From Candidatus Doudnabacteria bacterium (GTDB lineage: Bacteria; Patescibacteriota; Doudnabacteria; UBA920): 46,221 nt of DNA. Under the pieces are notes generated by a model, which did no database searches, was not told where the DNA came from, and saw only the letters and a program-made list of their open reading frames with translations. Of this stretch, positions 43,086 to 46,221 are shown one piece after another (the stretch's first letter is position 1; each line of letters opens with the position of its first letter). Position numbers and translations under genes: made by a program. The stretch spans positions 1 through 46,221 of the forward strand of contig JAEUSF010000001.1 of the NCBI GenBank assembly GCA_016788665.1, written 5' to 3'.

Positions 43086-44183
43086 TTAATTTTTTATTGG
43101 CATAACTAAATAAATATAATTAACATCATCTTCTGGCACAATAAGAGCAGGCGAATTATCATCAATTATTTTTAGCTGTATTTTTTCGCTCTGTATGGAA
43201 TTTAAACAATCCAGAACGTAATGAAAGTTTAAAAGCAAGCTTCCTGCCTCACCTTTAATTTCAGCCGGTATCTCCACTTTGCTTTTACCAACCTCTGAAG
43301 ATTCTGATTCTAATGAAATATTACCATTCTCCGTGTTCATAAACAGCGCCACGCTGTTTGTACTATGGCTAAATATTCCACCCGCCTTTAGGGCACCAAT
43401 AAGTTTTTTGCGGTCTACTAAGGCATGCGCCTTAAACTCTGTTGGTATTATTTCCTTATATTCAGGATACTGCCCATCAACTAACCGGCTAATTATTTGA
43501 GTAGAATTAATAGTAAAACCTATTTGGCTTGTGCTTAAATTTATTTCCACATCTTCTGTTTGTCCACCAATGATTCTACAAATTTCTTGGGCAGTTTTTT
43601 GGGGTAAAATAACGTCTTGGGTAAAGCCTGGTTTTTGAGAAACCATCATCTTTTTCTCTGCAAGTCTATATCTGTCGGTAGCAACAAGCTTTATACCTTC
43701 CCCCACAGATACCAAAACACCGGCTATTTCTGGCTGGGTTTGGTTTGTCGAAGCTGCGAACATAACCTCCTCCAAAGCCTTTTTAAATTCCTGACCAGGA
43801 ATAACAATATTATTATTTTTTTCGATTTGAGGAATTAAAGGAAAATCTTCTGCCGGCAATGTTTTTATGTGTGTATGGTAATTATCCGCTTCGATTTGTA
43901 TTTCTCCATTTTTTGTTTCCAAACTTATATTTGTATTTGGCAGATTATTCACCAACTCAGTAAAAGTTTTAGAAAAAACTGTTACTTCGCCTTCTTCTTC
44001 AATTTTGCACCTTATTTGTGTAGTTATAGCAACCTCTAGGTTGGTAGAAGATATTTTCAGAAGACCATTCTCAGTTTTTAACAGAAAGTTATTTAGTATT
44101 GGTAATGTGTTGTTTGGAGATATTATTCTGCCTACTGTGGTTAACCCCCATTTTAGATTTTCTTGAGTGCAGATTATTTTCAT
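43086..44183 (-). CDS. dnaN: DNA polymerase III subunit beta (sliding clamp)
   Basis: 365 aa with the typical N-terminus MKIICTQENL...L, located between dnaA and recF. Confidence 0.95.
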   Translation of the reverse strand: MKIICTQENLKWGLTTVGRIISPNNTLPILNNFLLKTENGLLKISSTNLEVAITTQIRCKIEEEGEVTVFSKTFTELVNNLPNTNISLETKNGEIQIEADNYHTHIKTLPAEDFPLIPQIEKNNNIVIPGQEFKKALEEVMFAASTNQTQPEIAGVLVSVGEGIKLVATDRYRLAEKKMMVSQKPGFTQDVILPQKTAQEICRIIGGQTEDVEINLSTSQIGFTINSTQIISRLVDGQYPEYKEIIPTEFKAHALVDRKKLIGALKAGGIFSHSTNSVALFMNTENGNISLESESSEVGKSKVEIPAEIKGEAGSLLLNFHYVLDCLNSIQSEKIQLKIIDDNSPALIVPEDDVNYIYLVMPIKN

Positions 44184-44396
44184 ATATATAATATTTATAA
44201 ATAAAACTAATAGTAATAATAAGCCTTGTGGATATGGGGATAAAACCTTATCTTCTTTGTTTACAGTATTAACGCAAGCAATTAAAACTTTTTTCTTTGT
44301 GGAAATGTGTGTGGAAAAAAGTTGATAACTTAACTAGGGGTTTTGTTGTAAGAATCCGTAGGGGTTTTATCTGGTAGTTTTCCACTACTTATATAC
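44184..44396. other. candidate oriC segment (DnaA-box cluster plus an AT-rich stretch)
   Basis: DnaA-box-like 9-mers: TGTGGATAT 44227-44235, TGTGGAAAT 44298-44306, TGTGGAAAA 44310-44318 and TTTTCCACT 44378-44386. The stretch 44184-44222 is almost pure A+T. Confidence 0.6.
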
Positions 44397-45746
44397 TTAC
44401 ATAAACAACTTATCCATAACTAAATTAATTTCTTGTTTGAATGCATCTTTTTCAGTAATCATCTGATTAATTTTTTCTACCGCATGCATTACAGTGGTAT
44501 GGTCCCTACCGCCAAAAAAGTCGCCAATCGAAGGAAAAGAACTATCTAATTCTTTTCGGATAATATACATAGCTATCTGCCTTGGTTTTACAAACTCTTT
44601 CTTTCTAGACTGCTTTATTAGGTCGTCCATCCCAATATTGTAAAACTCTGCTACAACTTCTGCTATTTTTCGTGGAGATGTTATTCTTTTCTTGCTTCCA
44701 ACTATACTGCCCAAAATACTCTTTGCTTGCTCGAGAACAAGGCCCCTATTTTGCATTTGTTGATAAACCGAAAGTTTATTTAAGGCTCCCTCTAATTCTC
44801 GCACGTTATTCTGAATATTCTCAGCAATATAAAATAAAATTTGTTCGTCTAGGCTGGTGCCACGTTTTTCCATTTTCGTTCGTAGTATGGCCATTCTCGT
44901 TTCTAGATCGGGCACTTGTATGTCGGCAATCATGCCCCACTCGAACCTGGAAACTAAACGTTGTTCTATGGCAGGGATTTCTTTCGGAGGCCGGTCAGAG
45001 GTTATAATTATTTGTTTGCCCTTATCCCGTAAGTCGTTAAAGGTGTGAAAAAATTCCTCTTGGGTGCCCTCCTTCCCTGCTATAAATTGAATATCGTCTA
45101 TAAGTAAAGCGTCTAAATTTCTATAAAACTTTTTAAATTCTTCTATTCTTTTTTCTTTTAAGGCATCAATGTAATCATTAGTGAATTTTTCACTCGAGGC
45201 ATAGAAGATTTTTGCTTTCGAATTGTTTTTTATAATGCTGTGCCCAACTGCGTGCATAAGGTGTGTTTTTCCCAAGCCCACTCCCCCATAAATAAACAGT
45301 GGGTTATATTGTGAGCCAGGATTTTTCGCTACAGCCCAGCTGGCAGCATGTGCAAGTTCGCTGTTTTTGCCAACCACGAAAGTCTCAAATGTGTATTTTT
45401 GGTTTAAACTCGAAACGTTTTGGGGTGTTTCTTGGTTTGAAGTGGTAGAAATTTCGCTTAGCTTAACTGTTTTTCCTGAAATTGGGCTGGTCACAGAGTT
45501 TATGGAGCCAACATGGTAGCGAATTTCTTTGATTTCTGGAGAAATGGTCTTCAGCGCTTTTAACATTTCAGGGTGATATTTATTTTGTATCCAATTTTTG
45601 TGGAATAAATCAGGAACATTAACAACTATAAAATTGTTTTCTTTTTCGATAATGCTGGTATTTTTGAACCAAGTGTTAAAATTGGCTTTACTAAGCGATA
45701 TTTCTAAATGTCCCAGTATTGCTTGCCAGAGCTGTTGATTATTCAT
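44397..45746 (-). CDS. dnaA: chromosomal replication initiator protein DnaA
   Basis: Walker A GGVGLGKTHLMHA, Walker B LLIDDIQF, and the domain IV block DHTTVMHA. Confidence 0.97.
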   Translation of the reverse strand: MNNQQLWQAILGHLEISLSKANFNTWFKNTSIIEKENNFIVVNVPDLFHKNWIQNKYHPEMLKALKTISPEIKEIRYHVGSINSVTSPISGKTVKLSEISTTSNQETPQNVSSLNQKYTFETFVVGKNSELAHAASWAVAKNPGSQYNPLFIYGGVGLGKTHLMHAVGHSIIKNNSKAKIFYASSEKFTNDYIDALKEKRIEEFKKFYRNLDALLIDDIQFIAGKEGTQEEFFHTFNDLRDKGKQIIITSDRPPKEIPAIEQRLVSRFEWGMIADIQVPDLETRMAILRTKMEKRGTSLDEQILFYIAENIQNNVRELEGALNKLSVYQQMQNRGLVLEQAKSILGSIVGSKKRITSPRKIAEVVAEFYNIGMDDLIKQSRKKEFVKPRQIAMYIIRKELDSSFPSIGDFFGGRDHTTVMHAVEKINQMITEKDAFKQEINLVMDKLFM

Positions 45747-46065
45747 GTTTTGTTGTATTTTTGTGTAAATTAGCTACTTTTGAATTTTACCAGTGAGTTA
45801 TCAACATGTAAAATTTTCTATATCCAGCTCAAGTAAGCCATAAATAAAAGTTCGTGTTAATAAGGTGTGGAAAACGTGTGTTTTCAGCTTTTCGTGCTTT
45901 GGGTCTTATTATCGAAGTGTAGTCTTTTGTCACAAATTTATTGTTAAAAATCTAAAGTGGTCAGATATATAGGTAAAAATGTAAATATTGACTAAAATGC
46001 GTATTTTAAGTAGAATTATATAGATTTTAACTAAAAATTATTAGATTGGTTCCAATAAAAAAACA
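45747..46065. other. dnaA-rpmH intergenic region with DnaA boxes and the rpmH promoter
   Basis: TTATCAACA at 45798-45806 and TGTGGAAAA at 45866-45874. The promoter is TTGACT-17-TAGAAT at 45988-46016. Confidence 0.55.
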
Positions 46066-46200
46066 ATGAAAAGGACATATCAGCCAAAAAAGCTCCGCAG
46101 GGTAAAAAGACATGGTTTTAGAGGCAAAATGAAAACCAATGCAGGAAGAAATGTTTTAAAGAGTCGTCGTTTAAAAGGACGAAAGCGTTTAGCTCTATAA
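46066..46200 (+). CDS. rpmH: 50S ribosomal protein L34
   Basis: My translation is [44 protein letters not shown] (44 aa). It has the classic L34 N-terminus and the position divergent from dnaA. Confidence 0.93.
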   Translation: MKRTYQPKKLRRVKRHGFRGKMKTNAGRNVLKSRRLKGRKRLAL

Positions 46201-46221
46201 AACCCCTAAATTTAATGTTTA

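Noticed and set aside
1-46221. Alternative genetic code (UGA or UAG reassignment, as in some CPR lineages)
   Set aside because: rpoC (1305 aa), rpoB, polA, valS and uvrB all read through uninterrupted with the standard code and end at sensible positions.

Overview
This is an AT-rich bacterial chromosome segment that runs into the replication origin at its right end (dnaA-dnaN-recF-DUF721/DciA on the minus strand, rpmH diverging on the plus strand). All calls come from reading the sequence by eye; no database search or folding program was run. Most of the window is housekeeping: valS, rpoB-rpoC, an ABC-2 exporter pair, tsaB/tsaE, a Mur ligase, a FemAB-family transferase, ruvA, ruvB, uvrB, rpsT, polA, a PilB/GspE ATPase, VanW, Smr, rsmE and a TrmB regulator. 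The gene content fits a reduced-genome, Patescibacteria/CPR-like organism: short TsaB, FemAB, VanW, bPH-type membrane proteins, a PaaX/Cas2-fold regulator, and almost no Shine-Dalgarno (SD) motifs on core genes. This lineage assignment is inference only. The standard genetic code fits, since rpoC and rpoB read as long uninterrupted ORFs. Three things stand out against this background. (1) There are several sharply G+C-rich islets. One is a helix-dense non-coding element of about 0.4 kb between ruvA and uvrB. The others are genes for secreted proteins that share an F-G-Q motif at the end of the signal peptide and carry strong G-rich SD motifs, including two paralogous beta-barrel-like proteins and a 42-aa Cys/Gly/Pro-rich lipoprotein-like peptide missed by the ORF track. 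(2) A pervasive family of degenerate heptanucleotide tandem arrays and GATTAC/ATACAGAT-type repeat modules is present. They occur in intergenic DNA, directly against start codons, in a long 5' UTR, and in frame inside essential genes (valS, polA, the FemAB-like gene). One set forms terminal inverted repeats around a GxxExxY/PD-(D/E)XK-type ORF. (3) A 28-bp palindrome, GTCC-N8-ACGGCCGT-N8-GGAC, occurs twice and brackets the PaaX-like regulator gene. A small accessory islet (RhuM-Fic/Doc, an HD-domain operon, a small GIY-YIG-like ORF) sits between rpsT and polA. No CRISPR array, rRNA or tRNA was recognised.
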